A DNA stretch of 64,000 nt from Candidatus Omnitrophota bacterium (GCA_035368605.1 DAOSLF010000002.1:12023-76022); one strand, 5' to 3'. Shown: positions 28,768 to 38,671, counted from the stretch's first letter. Made by a program: numbers and translations. The notes: generated by a model not told the origin, from the sequence alone.

Positions 28768-30439
28768 GGGCAGCTGTTTTTTCCTCGACTTCCGTCGGTG
28801 CGGGAACGGGTTTAAGGGCAGATTTCGGAAAATTCGATTTCTGGAATTCCAGGGCGCTCGCGATGAAATCACGGAAAAGCGGATGCGCGAGGTCCGGCTT
28901 GGATTTGAACTCGGGATGAAACTGGCAAGCGACGAACCACGGATGGCTTTCCAGCTCGACCATCTCGACCAGCTTTCCGTTCGGGGAAATGCCCGAGAAC
29001 TTCATGCCGCCTTTCTGGAACCTCTCGCGGTATTCGTTATTGAACTCATAACGGTGGCGGTGCCGCTCGGAGATCTGCTCGGCTTTATAGGCCCTGTACG
29101 CCTTCGTATCCTTCCTGACGTCGCAGGGATAGGCCCCGAGACGCATCGTGCCTCCGGGGTCCTTCGCCTTTTCCTGCTCCCCGGAAAGGCTGATGACGGG
29201 GAACGGGGATTTCTTGTTGAACTCGGTCGAGTTGGCGCCCTTCATGCCGAGGACGTTGCGGGCGAACTCGATCACCGCACACTGCATCCCGAGACAGATC
29301 CCGAAGAACGGGACCTTTTTCTCGCGGGCGTACCGGATCGCGAGCAGTTTCCCTTCGATCCCGCGCTCGTCGAACGCGCCGGGGACGAGAATACCGGAAA
29401 CATCTTTCAACTGGCTGAGCGAACGCGCCGTCCCGGGTTTGTCCGAGTTGACGCGCTTGATGATGACCTGGCTGTCGTTGGCGATACCGCCGTGTTTCAG
29501 CGATTCATAGACCGACTTGTAAGCGTCCTGAATCTCCGTGTGTTTCCCGACCACGGCAACCTTCACGGAAAACCGGGGACGAAGCGCGATATCCACGACC
29601 TCTTTTTTCCAGGCATGCAGGCTCCCGGATTTATATTCGATCCGGAGCTTCCGGCAGATCACCTTGTCGATCCCCTCGGCCTTGAACATGAGGGGGCATT
29701 CGTAGATCGATGTCACATCCCGGGCCTCGATAACAGCCTCAGGCTCGACATTGCAGAAAAGCGCGATCTTCGCCTTCATCGGCTGATCGATCTTCTTTTC
29801 CGTGCGGCAGATGAGGATATCCGGCTGGATACCGATCTCGCGGAGTGTGCCGACCGAATGCTGCGTCGGTTTTGTCTTGAGCTCGCCCGCGGCCCGGATA
29901 TAGGGCACGAGCGTGAGATGGACAAAAAGGGAGTTTTCGCGGCCGACCTCATGACGGAACTGACGGATCGCCTCAAGAAACGGCAGTGATTCGATATCAC
30001 CGACCGTGCCGCCGATCTCGGTGATCACGACGTCATAGCGCTTGTTCTTCGAGACCCCGCGGATTCCCTCCTTGATCGTATCGGTGATATGCGGGACAAC
30101 CTGCACGGTGCCGCCGAGGTAATCGCCGCGACGCTCTTTCGTGATGACCTTGAAATAGACCTGCCCGCTCGTGAGGTTGTTCTCGCGTCCGTAGGTCGAG
30201 TGCGTGTAGCGCTCGTAGTGGCCGAGGTCGAGGTCCGTCTCGGCGCCGTCATCCGTCACATAGACCTCGCCGTGCTGGCACGGGCTCATCGTGCCCGGAT
30301 CCACATTCAGGTACGGGTCAAGCTTCTGCATCGCAACCTTCAGGCCTTTCGCCTCCAGGATCTTCGCGATCGAAGCCGAGGCGATCCCCTTGCCGAGCGA
30401 AGACACCACACCGCCTGTCACAAAAATATGTTTCGGCAT
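28760..30439 (-). CDS. pyrG: CTP synthase
   Basis: 559 aa. N-terminal [35 protein letters not shown] and a C-terminal GATase domain. Confidence 0.95.
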   Translation of the reverse strand: MPKHIFVTGGVVSSLGKGIASASIAKILEAKGLKVAMQKLDPYLNVDPGTMSPCQHGEVYVTDDGAETDLDLGHYERYTHSTYGRENNLTSGQVYFKVITKERRGDYLGGTVQVVPHITDTIKEGIRGVSKNKRYDVVITEIGGTVGDIESLPFLEAIRQFRHEVGRENSLFVHLTLVPYIRAAGELKTKPTQHSVGTLREIGIQPDILICRTEKKIDQPMKAKIALFCNVEPEAVIEARDVTSIYECPLMFKAEGIDKVICRKLRIEYKSGSLHAWKKEVVDIALRPRFSVKVAVVGKHTEIQDAYKSVYESLKHGGIANDSQVIIKRVNSDKPGTARSLSQLKDVSGILVPGAFDERGIEGKLLAIRYAREKKVPFFGICLGMQCAVIEFARNVLGMKGANSTEFNKKSPFPVISLSGEQEKAKDPGGTMRLGAYPCDVRKDTKAYRAYKAEQISERHRHRYEFNNEYRERFQKGGMKFSGISPNGKLVEMVELESHPWFVACQFHPEFKSKPDLAHPLFRDFIASALEFQKSNFPKSALKPVPAPTEVEEKTAAHE

Positions 30440-30459
30440 ATCACCATTCCCTCACGGGG

Positions 30460-31230
30460 TTATACATCCTCCGCGGAGCCCCCCTGGCTGCGGGCCCGTG
30501 CCAGACGCGACTCAACCTCCCGGAGGTCCTCTTCCGTATCCACGCTGATGAAATCAAAATCGGTCTCGATCACGCGAATCTTCCGGCCCCTTTCGAGGAC
30601 CCTGAGCTGCTCCAGTTTCTCGGTCATTTCCAGGACACCGGGTTTCCACGCGACGAATTCCAGAAGGAACCCGCGGCGGTATCCGTAAACACCGAGGTGC
30701 TTCAAAAAGCTGAACTCGCGGTCCTGCTGCCCCTGCGCGTACGGAACCGGGGACCGCGTAAAATAAAGCGCGCATCCGCCTTCATCGCAGACGATCTTGA
30801 CGACATTCGGGTTGGCGAACGCGGCGCGGTCCGTCATGCGGAGGGCGAGCGTCAGCATTTCGGGGACGCGCGAGACCCGGAAAAGCGCCACCATTTCATC
30901 GAGGGCTTTCGGGTCCACAAGCGGCTGGTCGCCCTGGATATTAATCACGATCTCGTGATCGAATTTTCGCATGACCTCCGCGATACGCGAAGTTCCGTTC
31001 GGGTGATCACGTCGGGTCATGACGGCCATGCCGCCGAACCCCCGGACACAGCGCTCGATCCGTTCGTCGTCGCAGGCCACGATCACATCTTCAAGCGACC
31101 GGGCCTTGCGGGCATTCTCCCAGACGTGCTGGATCATGGGTTTGCCGGCGATCGTCCGGAGAATCTTTTCGGGAAGGCGCGTCGAACCAAGACGCGCGGG
31201 AATGACACCGATCGCTTTCATCGCATTCAT
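30460..31230 (-). CDS. kdsB: 3-deoxy-manno-octulosonate cytidylyltransferase (CMP-Kdo synthetase)
   Basis: 256 aa. AIGVIPARLGSTRLPEKILRTIAGKPMIQHV. Confidence 0.9.
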   Translation of the reverse strand: MNAMKAIGVIPARLGSTRLPEKILRTIAGKPMIQHVWENARKARSLEDVIVACDDERIERCVRGFGGMAVMTRRDHPNGTSRIAEVMRKFDHEIVINIQGDQPLVDPKALDEMVALFRVSRVPEMLTLALRMTDRAAFANPNVVKIVCDEGGCALYFTRSPVPYAQGQQDREFSFLKHLGVYGYRRGFLLEFVAWKPGVLEMTEKLEQLRVLERGRKIRVIETDFDFISVDTEEDLREVESRLARARSQGGSAEDV

Positions 31231-32279
31231 GCCTGGCGGATCGCTTCCCTGAGCTCCGCGGGGGAGGCCGTTGCCGTTCCGAGCTTTCCGACCACAATGC
31301 CGGCCGCCATATTGGCAATCTTCGCGGCCTCCTGCATCCTGGCACCCGCCGCGAGCGAGAGCGCGAGCGTTGCGATCACCGTGTCACCGGCACCGGACAC
31401 ATCGTAAACCTCACGGGCCGCGGTCGGAACCTTCGTGATCTTGCCGCCCCTCTCGAAAAGGGCCATACCGTCCTCGCCAAGCGTGATCAGAACGGACCCG
31501 AGCCTGAGCTTTTTTATAAGCGCCCAGCCGACCTGTTCAAGGTCCGGCATTTTACGCCGGTATCCGACCATCCTTTCATATCCCCCGTACGCTTCCTTGC
31601 GGTTCGGAGTGATACAGGTCACGCCGGTATAATAATCGAAATGTTTCTCCTTGGGGTCCACCAAGACGGGCTTTTTGAGCTTTTTGCAGAGTTTCACGAC
31701 TTCGCGCAGGAGAAAGGGTTGCATGACGCCCTTGCCGTAATCTTCGAGGATCACGACATCGATCTCCCGGATCTTCTGCTTCACAAATTTAAGAATCTTG
31801 TCGAGATTCGAACGCGACACATCCCCGGTCCTTTCGCGGTCGAAGCGGACCATTTGCTGGGAGTGCGCGATCACACGCGTTTTGAGCGTCGTGGGCCGGG
31901 TGGGGTCATAAACGATGCCGCCGGTCTCGATCCCCTGCTGGCGTATGGCCTTGAGCAACATCCGCCCGTACAGATCACGACCGACCACCCCGCAGGGATA
32001 CGCCTTCCCCGAAAGGGACCTGATGTTGTGAGCGACATTCAGCGACCCTCCGGGCATGTAGGATTCGCGCTTAACGTCAACGACAGGAACGGGGGCCTCG
32101 GGAGAAATCCGGGAAACACTCCCCCAGACGAACTGGTCAAGGATGAAATCCCCGATCACAAGAACATGCGCCGCATGGAATCCCGCCACAATACCGAGGA
32201 AGCGCCTTTTTTCTGCCGGAGTAAGCATATTGCCCATTGGTTGTCCCGTCATCTCCGCCCAAGCGGAGACCTTCATCAT
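31227..32279 (-). CDS. hldE: D-glycero-beta-D-manno-heptose-7-phosphate kinase (HldE/RfaE kinase domain only; PfkB family)
   Basis: 350 aa. HVLVIGDFILDQFVWGSVSRISPEAPVPVVDV closely matches RfaE domain I. No adenylyltransferase domain is attached. Confidence 0.85.
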   Translation of the reverse strand: MMKVSAWAEMTGQPMGNMLTPAEKRRFLGIVAGFHAAHVLVIGDFILDQFVWGSVSRISPEAPVPVVDVKRESYMPGGSLNVAHNIRSLSGKAYPCGVVGRDLYGRMLLKAIRQQGIETGGIVYDPTRPTTLKTRVIAHSQQMVRFDRERTGDVSRSNLDKILKFVKQKIREIDVVILEDYGKGVMQPFLLREVVKLCKKLKKPVLVDPKEKHFDYYTGVTCITPNRKEAYGGYERMVGYRRKMPDLEQVGWALIKKLRLGSVLITLGEDGMALFERGGKITKVPTAAREVYDVSGAGDTVIATLALSLAAGARMQEAAKIANMAAGIVVGKLGTATASPAELREAIRQA

Positions 32280-32352
32280 GGATCCCCGGAAAAAGACCGG
32301 GGCTGAACCTGGAAAGAAATCGTGCGCTAACTACCTGCCGGATGAAGGGTTT

Positions 32353-32382
32353 ATAGTAACATCCCGGGAGGGAGATTGTCAA
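32353..32382 (-). promoter_or_regulatory. Candidate sigma70-type promoter (TTGACA-N18-TACTAT) for the hldE-kdsB-pyrG-kdsA-kdsD unit
   Basis: On the - strand, a perfect -35 TTGACA (32377-32382) and a -10 TACTAT (32353-32358) lie in the 151-bp gap upstream of hldE. A CCCCGG/CCGGGG hairpin sits immediately 5' of the ATG. Confidence 0.35.
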
Positions 32383-32430
32383 TCAAAGGAACCTTCCTTA
32401 ACCCATTATTTTAAAATGAGTTAGGTGATA

Positions 32431-33957
32431 TCAACCGTCAAAAAGGTTCGCCGTCGCGAATTCCGGATCGCTCGTAAAGTGGATCCGGAGCTTCCGGAGC
32501 GCTTTTTCATCGCCGGGAGTCGGGATATGCGTGATATGCATTTCGCAATCCCTCAGGGTCTTGAGGCTTTCCAGGGCCTTCTGCGCGGTGGGATTGGTCG
32601 TCGCGCTCATGCTGAGGGCGATGAGAATTTCCTCGAGATCGAGGCTGACCGACTTATTCCCGAACACATGCTCCTTGAGTCCCCCGATGGACCGTATGAC
32701 GTTCGGTGACAGGATATGGATGTCCTCCGGGAGACAGGCGATCTGCTTAACGGCATTCAGCACGGCGCTCGAGGCGGCGTGCATGAGAGGGGTGTTTTTC
32801 CCTGTGACGATCGTGCCGTCGGGCAGTTCGATCGCAGCCCCGCAGTAAATCCCCTGGTTCCCCTTGCCGGCCTTTTGCGCCTCTTTCGCCGCATCGCGCG
32901 CCGGTGTGACCACCACGCGGTCCTCCGGTTTCACTTCGAGGTCGTCCATCAAAAGCTCCGACTTTTCGACGGCTTCTTTTTCGACATACCCCATCCGGTA
33001 ATCGCGGGCGCACTGAAAATACCTCGCGATCACCTCCTGCACGGCGGCCCGGCTCACGACCGGGTCGTCCACGATCCCGAACCCCGCGCGATTCACTCCC
33101 ATGTCGGTCGGCGATTCATAATGAGCCTCTCCGCCCGTGATCTTCTTGAGAATCCTCCTCAGGACCGGGAACACCTCGACATCGCGGTTGTAATTGACCG
33201 CGGTGACCTTGTATTTCTCGAGGTGGAACGGGTCGATCATGTTGCTGTCGAGCAGGTCCGTTGTCGCGGCCTCATAGGCGATGTTCACGGGATGGTTGAG
33301 CGGGATGTTCCAGATCGGGAAGGTCTCGAACTTCGCGTAGCCGCTCGTGTGCCCCTGCTTGTGGTCATGATAAAGCTGCGACAGGCAGGTCGCGAGCTTG
33401 CCGCTTCCCGGGCCGGGTGCCGTCACGACGACCAGCGGTTTTTTTGTGACGATATATTCGTTCGCGCCGTAGCCTTCATCGCTCACGATCGTGTCAACAT
33501 CCGTCGGATAACCCTTCGTGAACCGGTGCGTGTAGGTCCGGATCCCGCGGCGTTCGAGCTTGTTTTTGAAGATCTTCGCGGCCGGCTGGTCGGCGAACCG
33601 CGTGATGACGACCGCCGCGACGTCCAGTTCCCAGCTGCGGTATTCGTCAATCATGCGGAAGATGTCCACATCGTAGGTGATGCCGAAATCCGCGCGCATC
33701 TTGCGCCGTTCGATGTCCCCCGCGTGAATGCACATGACGATCTCGGCCTTGTCGCGGAGCTTGTGGAGGAGGCGCATCTTGACGTTGGGGTCGAAGCCGG
33801 GAAGGACACGCATGGCGTGATAGTCGGCGACGATCTTTCCTCCGAATTCGAGGTAAAGCTTGTCGCTGAACCGTTCGACACGTTCAAGAATGGCCGCGGT
33901 CTGTTCGTTCAGATATTTGTGATTATCGAACCCGACCTTCCTGACTGTGGCCAGCAT
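32431..33957 (-). CDS. DUF1846/UPF0371-family protein (function unknown)
   Basis: 508 aa. The N-terminus (MLATVRKVGFDNHKYLNEQTAAILERVERFSDKLYLEFGGKIVADYHAMRVLPGFDP) matches my recollection of the UPF0371 family; not verified. Confidence 0.5.
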   Translation of the reverse strand: MLATVRKVGFDNHKYLNEQTAAILERVERFSDKLYLEFGGKIVADYHAMRVLPGFDPNVKMRLLHKLRDKAEIVMCIHAGDIERRKMRADFGITYDVDIFRMIDEYRSWELDVAAVVITRFADQPAAKIFKNKLERRGIRTYTHRFTKGYPTDVDTIVSDEGYGANEYIVTKKPLVVVTAPGPGSGKLATCLSQLYHDHKQGHTSGYAKFETFPIWNIPLNHPVNIAYEAATTDLLDSNMIDPFHLEKYKVTAVNYNRDVEVFPVLRRILKKITGGEAHYESPTDMGVNRAGFGIVDDPVVSRAAVQEVIARYFQCARDYRMGYVEKEAVEKSELLMDDLEVKPEDRVVVTPARDAAKEAQKAGKGNQGIYCGAAIELPDGTIVTGKNTPLMHAASSAVLNAVKQIACLPEDIHILSPNVIRSIGGLKEHVFGNKSVSLDLEEILIALSMSATTNPTAQKALESLKTLRDCEMHITHIPTPGDEKALRKLRIHFTSDPEFATANLFDG

Positions 33958-34097
33958 ACCGCCCCCTGAGCTTTTGAGATCAAGAATGAAACGTCGAAAG
34001 TGAGGGCCCGCGTCAGTCGAAACACGTCCCTCTTCATTTCCGGCTTTTAACCGCCCGTTCCGGCACCCCTTTCAGAACGGCTTTCTCCGGGCATAAC

Positions 34098-34361
34098 TTA
34101 CTTGCCGCCCGGACAACTCTTGCAATCGCCAACGCACGACGGTGGTTTATCGTTTTTTGCGGCGGACTTGTAGCTTGAGGAACGATAGTCCGTCTGATAA
34201 AAACCGGAGCCCTTGAAGAGCACCCCCGCGCCGCCGTGGATCTGGCGCCGGACCTCCGGTTTTCCGCACTCGGGACATTTCCGGACGGGCTTGTCGCTCA
34301 TGGACTGGAATTTCTCGAACTGATGCCCGCAGGCATCGCATTCATATCCGTAAGTAGGCAT
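34098..34361 (-). CDS. FmdB-family zinc-ribbon putative regulatory protein
   Basis: MPTYGYECDACGHQFEKFQSMSDKPVRKCPECG... has the characteristic CxxC...CxxC zinc ribbon, plus a Cys-containing C-terminal tail. Confidence 0.6.
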   Translation of the reverse strand: MPTYGYECDACGHQFEKFQSMSDKPVRKCPECGKPEVRRQIHGGAGVLFKGSGFYQTDYRSSSYKSAAKNDKPPSCVGDCKSCPGGK

Positions 34362-34451
34362 GGCTGTTTCCCCCTTCGATATTTCGGAATGGCGGGTATT
34401 ATAAAACAACGGTCGCGGCTTTCAATCCATGTTTTGCGTGAAAAACCGGCG

Positions 34452-35492
34452 TTAAACCCCGATTGGCCGGTGTTCTTCCGCGACGCCGGGCTGGTACTCG
34501 ATCAATGTCGCGGTCACGTCGCCAAGAACGGGAATTTTCACCTTCAGGACAAGCGGGACGCGGCGGTCGTCCAGGCTCATCCATCCGCGGACCTTTCCGC
34601 GGCGGACGAAGAAACCTTCGAACAGGATGACGGGCTCGACTTCGACCGCCTCGAAGACGCCGATCCCCCCGATCGTCATCTCCTTCGTCCCGTGCGCCAG
34701 CACCTCAAGGTCCCAGTTCTTCTCGTCGGCATTGACCGGAATCGAGGCCTTCGTGCCCGGTTTCACGTCGAGCGTCCGGTAATAATAACCGCAGGAGATC
34801 TGGTCCTGGACATTCTTCGGGATGAACATCTCCTTGCGGCTGTTATCTTTTTTCGAGAAAAACCGGCCAAGATGCTCCGCCTGGTCATACTCCATCACCT
34901 CGTCGGTCCAGTACCGCCCCTCATGCACGGTCTTCTCATACCGGAGCGAGCAAAGGTTTTGGACATCAACATAGGAGTGGTGCGTGTCCCGGACCTTATA
35001 GATCCAGTCAAGAACGGGTTTTGACCGGATATTGATCTCGATGTGGTAAGCGTCACGCCCGTTGACCGCGACGATTTCTTTGACAACGGACTCAGCTTCG
35101 CCGACCGTGATTCCGGCGTAGGTCACCTTGAACTTCAGTTTCTCTCCGACAAAAAACCGCGCCGGCGGTTTCCCGGAGGGAGGGAAAATCTTTTCCGGCT
35201 TGGCGGCATGGACATTCGCGGAAAGAAACATCGCCAGGAACAACGCCCCCCACCGGCGGCCGGTGTTCGCCGGGGATGAGCGCCGGACGCCGGCGGGATA
35301 CGCGGCTTTCATAGACGGATAGCTCCTTCTCGTTCCCCCGCACGCGCCCATCCCGTCGCGGAAGATCTCTTGCGCGAGCGCCGCTCCCTTGCCCTGATCG
35401 GGGACCAGCGTCCCTTCCGCGCCGGACGTGGCACAAAGTCCGCGTCCGTTGTGTTTTTTTCTGTCGATTTCGATGACCTTTCGTTTCGCCAT
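34452..35492 (-). CDS. DUF3108-like periplasmic or membrane-anchored protein; start codon ambiguous
   Basis: An in-frame ORF with no stop back to 35564. A plausible ATG at 35490-35492 lies 4 nt after the upstream GT9 stop. A hydrophobic Tat-like signal or anchor (TGRRWGALFLAMFLSANVHA) sits ~95 aa in, so an alternative start at MKAAYPAG (~35309) is possible. DUF3108 assignment is from recall. Confidence 0.4.
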   Translation of the reverse strand: MAKRKVIEIDRKKHNGRGLCATSGAEGTLVPDQGKGAALAQEIFRDGMGACGGTRRSYPSMKAAYPAGVRRSSPANTGRRWGALFLAMFLSANVHAAKPEKIFPPSGKPPARFFVGEKLKFKVTYAGITVGEAESVVKEIVAVNGRDAYHIEINIRSKPVLDWIYKVRDTHHSYVDVQNLCSLRYEKTVHEGRYWTDEVMEYDQAEHLGRFFSKKDNSRKEMFIPKNVQDQISCGYYYRTLDVKPGTKASIPVNADEKNWDLEVLAHGTKEMTIGGIGVFEAVEVEPVILFEGFFVRRGKVRGWMSLDDRRVPLVLKVKIPVLGDVTATLIEYQPGVAEEHRPIGV

Positions 35493-35496
35493 GATC

Positions 35497-36597
35497 TCAA
35501 CCCTTTTGCGGGAACCCCCCGCTAAATACCCGCTCGATCTGTTCAAGCGCTTCTTCGGGGGCAAGCGTTTTCAGGCAAGCAATGGTCGGACAATCCTTTT
35601 TGAAACGGAATTTATAATAGCAGGGACGGCAGGCAAGGTCCTGTTTAAAGACCGCCGCCGCATCCGGGGAAACGGGATAAGGTCCGTACACCTCGGGCGG
35701 CACGGGACCGTAAAAAGCGACCAGGGGCACCTCAAGGGCGCGGGCCAGATGGACCAGCCCGCCGTCGTTCCCGACAAAAAGCGAGGACTTTTGAAGGAGG
35801 ACCGCTGTTTCCGCGATCGTCGTCTCCCCCGCCAGGACGACAACCGGCAGACCGAGCGCATTCTTGAGCTGTCCGCACAATTCGGTCTCAGCCTTGCTTC
35901 CCACAATGCACACACCCTCAAATCCGTACTTTTTCTGCATCATCCCGATCAGGACCGCATAATTCCCGACAGGCCACCGCTTGAAATCCGCTTCCCGCCC
36001 CCATGAGTCGCCTCCGCCGGGACTGACCGTGATGAATTTGCGGCCAAGCGCGGCCGTCCGTTGCGCCATTTTCTTTTCAAGCTCCGCCTTCTCCGGCGGA
36101 AAATAATATTCAAGGAACCGGTCCGCGACCGGGATTCCCGCCGCTTCCGCGAGACCCGCGTAAAAATCCGCGGCATGCTGTTTCCAATAACCTTCGGGAA
36201 GCGGATAGCGAACATTATGAAAAACCGCGCGGCGCTTGTACGCAAACCCCGCGCGCTTCGGAATACCGAGGAAGGCGAGAGACCAAAAAGCGTTTTCAGG
36301 CCTCAGCGAAAAATCGAGCAGGAGGTCATACCGTTTCGCCCGAAGCTTCATCCCGAGGTCCAGGAGCTCCCGGAATTTCCGGGTACGGGTCTGGCGGCGG
36401 AGCTTGTCCTTGTCGAGCACGAAGATCCCGTTCACGTGCGGGTTGTGCTCCACCACTTCGAGGGTCCGGGACCCGATCAGGAGATCGACAGTCTCGACCG
36501 CCGGGAGCAGTCGGAGGGCGCGCAGGACCGGCGTCACGAACAAAAGGTCCCCGATCCCGTACGGGTGAACGACCAGAACGCGCCGCAGGGTCCTCAT
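35497..36597 (-). CDS. Glycosyltransferase family 9 (LPS heptosyltransferase-like), copy 1
   Basis: MRTLRRVLVVHPYGIGDLLFVTPVLRALR..., a typical GT9 N-terminus. ATG at 36595-36597 overlaps the upstream GT9 stop (ATGA). Confidence 0.85.
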   Translation of the reverse strand: MRTLRRVLVVHPYGIGDLLFVTPVLRALRLLPAVETVDLLIGSRTLEVVEHNPHVNGIFVLDKDKLRRQTRTRKFRELLDLGMKLRAKRYDLLLDFSLRPENAFWSLAFLGIPKRAGFAYKRRAVFHNVRYPLPEGYWKQHAADFYAGLAEAAGIPVADRFLEYYFPPEKAELEKKMAQRTAALGRKFITVSPGGGDSWGREADFKRWPVGNYAVLIGMMQKKYGFEGVCIVGSKAETELCGQLKNALGLPVVVLAGETTIAETAVLLQKSSLFVGNDGGLVHLARALEVPLVAFYGPVPPEVYGPYPVSPDAAAVFKQDLACRPCYYKFRFKKDCPTIACLKTLAPEEALEQIERVFSGGFPQKG

Positions 36598-37697
36598 TTC
36601 AGACCTCCGCCTTCCACACCCCTCCACCCCCGGGAGCTAGACCCGGGGTCTAGCTCCCGGGGGTGGAGCAGGTCGGAAACGGCACGATGAACTTCGTCCA
36701 CAGTGATGTCTTCGATGTAAGTGTATTTTCTTTCGGACGCGGGAATATCGCTCACATCTTTCGCCACAACCCTGCATTTTGTACCGAGAGGTTTCCAGCG
36801 GTCGGGCCCAAGACCGGGTTCATGGCGCCCGAAGATCGAGACGACGGGACAACCGACCGCCGTCGCGATATGGACGGGCCCGGAATCATTGGAAACAAGC
36901 AGCGCGGCCCTCTTCAGGAGCGCCCCGAGCATCCCAAGGGTCAGCTTCCCCCCCAGATCCACGATGGGCACCGCACTCTTCTCCCGAAGACTTTCAACGA
37001 CCGGCTTGTCCTTGAGCGATCCGACCGCCAGAAGAACGGCCCCCGCTTCTTTCTGAAGCCGCGCGGCCAGCTCCGCAAATTTCGCGGCAGGCCACATCTT
37101 GGTCCTGTCGCTCGCCGAGGGACTGAGAACTATCAGTTTTTTGTCCGCGGGAACTTTTAAATGAAACAGGAGGTTCTCAAGGGAGCGCGCGGCGCTTCCG
37201 GACACCGGGAAACAGGCCTCGATCTTCCCGGGACAGGCGATCCCGAGCGGCGCGAGAAGGTCGAAGAGATATTCGGTCTCCCGCTTCTCGCCGAGTTTTT
37301 TGTCGTAGGCATGCGCGTGCGTGAGCGCCCACGGAGCGCGGCGATCATACCCGAGACGGACGGGAACGCCGGCAAGCCATCCCGCAAGATGCATCCGGTT
37401 CGTGCCATGGCAGTGGATCACAAGATCGAACTTCTTCGCGCGGAGCCGCACGGAAAAACAGAATTGTCCCCAGAGACCTTTTTCGCTTCCCTTTTTATCG
37501 TAAAGGATCACCTCATCAAGATACGGATTGTCCTTCACGATGTCCCGATGCTCGATAAAAACAAGCGCGGCGATCCACGCCTTCGGGAACCGTTCCCGGA
37601 GCGCCTGAAAGACCGGCGTCGTGAGCACAAGGTCCCCGATCCGGTCCGTCCGCGTGACAAGGATCTTTGGATTTACAGGAAGATGAACCGGTTTCAT
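36594..37697 (-). CDS. Glycosyltransferase family 9 (heptosyltransferase-like), copy 2, with a 22-aa C-terminal tail encoded through a 47-bp palindrome
   Basis: ILVTRTDRIGDLVLTTPVFQALRERFP GT9 motif. The canonical C-terminus (VDEVHRAVSDLL) is followed by HPRELDPGSSSRGWRGVEGGGLK, which spans the palindrome. Confidence 0.85.
   Translation of the reverse strand: MKPVHLPVNPKILVTRTDRIGDLVLTTPVFQALRERFPKAWIAALVFIEHRDIVKDNPYLDEVILYDKKGSEKGLWGQFCFSVRLRAKKFDLVIHCHGTNRMHLAGWLAGVPVRLGYDRRAPWALTHAHAYDKKLGEKRETEYLFDLLAPLGIACPGKIEACFPVSGSAARSLENLLFHLKVPADKKLIVLSPSASDRTKMWPAAKFAELAARLQKEAGAVLLAVGSLKDKPVVESLREKSAVPIVDLGGKLTLGMLGALLKRAALLVSNDSGPVHIATAVGCPVVSIFGRHEPGLGPDRWKPLGTKCRVVAKDVSDIPASERKYTYIEDITVDEVHRAVSDLLHPRELDPGSSSRGWRGVEGGGLK
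36622..36668. repeat. Near-perfect 47-bp palindrome (23-bp arms, 1-nt spacer): CTCCACCCCCGGGAGCTAGACCC g GGGTCTAGCTCCCGGGGGTGGAG
   Basis: Verified base by base. It lies inside the 3' coding end of GT9 copy 2, about 30 nt upstream of the GT9 copy 1 start. Both strands therefore encode the peptide HPRELDPGSSSRGW. Confidence 0.8.
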
Positions 37698-38671
37698 GGG
37701 ATCAAAAGCTCCCTGCAGAGTTTCAGAACCGCCCCGGAATCCAATCCGTGGAAGCAACTGCGTTCAGCGTAGGGCAGGAGATGTGACTGACAGGCGCAAT
37801 TCGCCGCGTCTCCCGTTGCGATCCTGAAACCAGGGCCTTCGTGACCGTATTTTTCATGGTCCGTCGGGCCAAAAAGTCCTATCGTCGGCGTCCCGGTTTC
37901 GTAACCGAGATGCATGATCGCGCTGTCGTTCGCGATCACAAGCGCCGCTTTCGAAATAAGACAGGCGGTCCCGGAAAGGGTCATATCGCCGGAAAGGATT
38001 TTCACGGACGCGGGCATCCCTTTCGCGACCGCCTCCGCGATCGGCCGTTCGTCTCCGGAACCGATCAGACAGATCGTTTTCCCGGTCTTCAAGGCCAGAT
38101 CACGCACCACCTCCCGGAAGGATTCCGCGGGCCATCGTTTTCGACTGCTCGCGGCGCCGGGCGCGACCAGAATCCAGCCCGACCTCTCCCGGATTCCGAG
38201 CGCTTCGAGTTTTTCGGCGACGGATGTCTCGTCAGCGGTGTCAAAGAAACGGAACGGAACGGGCGACGCGGCCGGGAGCCCCATCATCGAAAGAACCTCG
38301 AGATGCCGGTCCCGCATGTTGACCTTTCGGTACTTCCGGAACAAGGGACTGCGGCGCGGGGCAAGCACGAGGAACGGGATCGCGGTGTTACGGAGATCAA
38401 CCGCCATGTCATAGCGGTCCTTCCGGAGCTCCCGCAGGAACGCCCACTTGCCGCGAAGATTTGCCTTCTTGTCATAAACGACGACACGGCGGAGGTCCGG
38501 GCTTTTTTCAAGAATGCTTTTCGCCTTCGGCCCGACAACCACCGTGATCCGCGCGGCCGGGAACCTTGCGCGAAGTGCCATGATCACCGGTGTCGTCAAC
38601 ACGACATCGCCGATATTGCTGAGCGTCACAACAAGGATGCTTTCAGGATCCTGAGCCATCGGGGAAAGCAC
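37694..38671 (-). CDS. Glycosyltransferase family 9 (heptosyltransferase-like), copy 3
   Basis: ILVVTLSNIGDVVLTTPVIMALRARFP. Its stop overlaps the copy 2 start (ATGA). The start is either the GTG at 38671 or the ATG at 38659. Confidence 0.85.
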   Translation of the reverse strand: MLSPMAQDPESILVVTLSNIGDVVLTTPVIMALRARFPAARITVVVGPKAKSILEKSPDLRRVVVYDKKANLRGKWAFLRELRKDRYDMAVDLRNTAIPFLVLAPRRSPLFRKYRKVNMRDRHLEVLSMMGLPAASPVPFRFFDTADETSVAEKLEALGIRERSGWILVAPGAASSRKRWPAESFREVVRDLALKTGKTICLIGSGDERPIAEAVAKGMPASVKILSGDMTLSGTACLISKAALVIANDSAIMHLGYETGTPTIGLFGPTDHEKYGHEGPGFRIATGDAANCACQSHLLPYAERSCFHGLDSGAVLKLCRELLIP

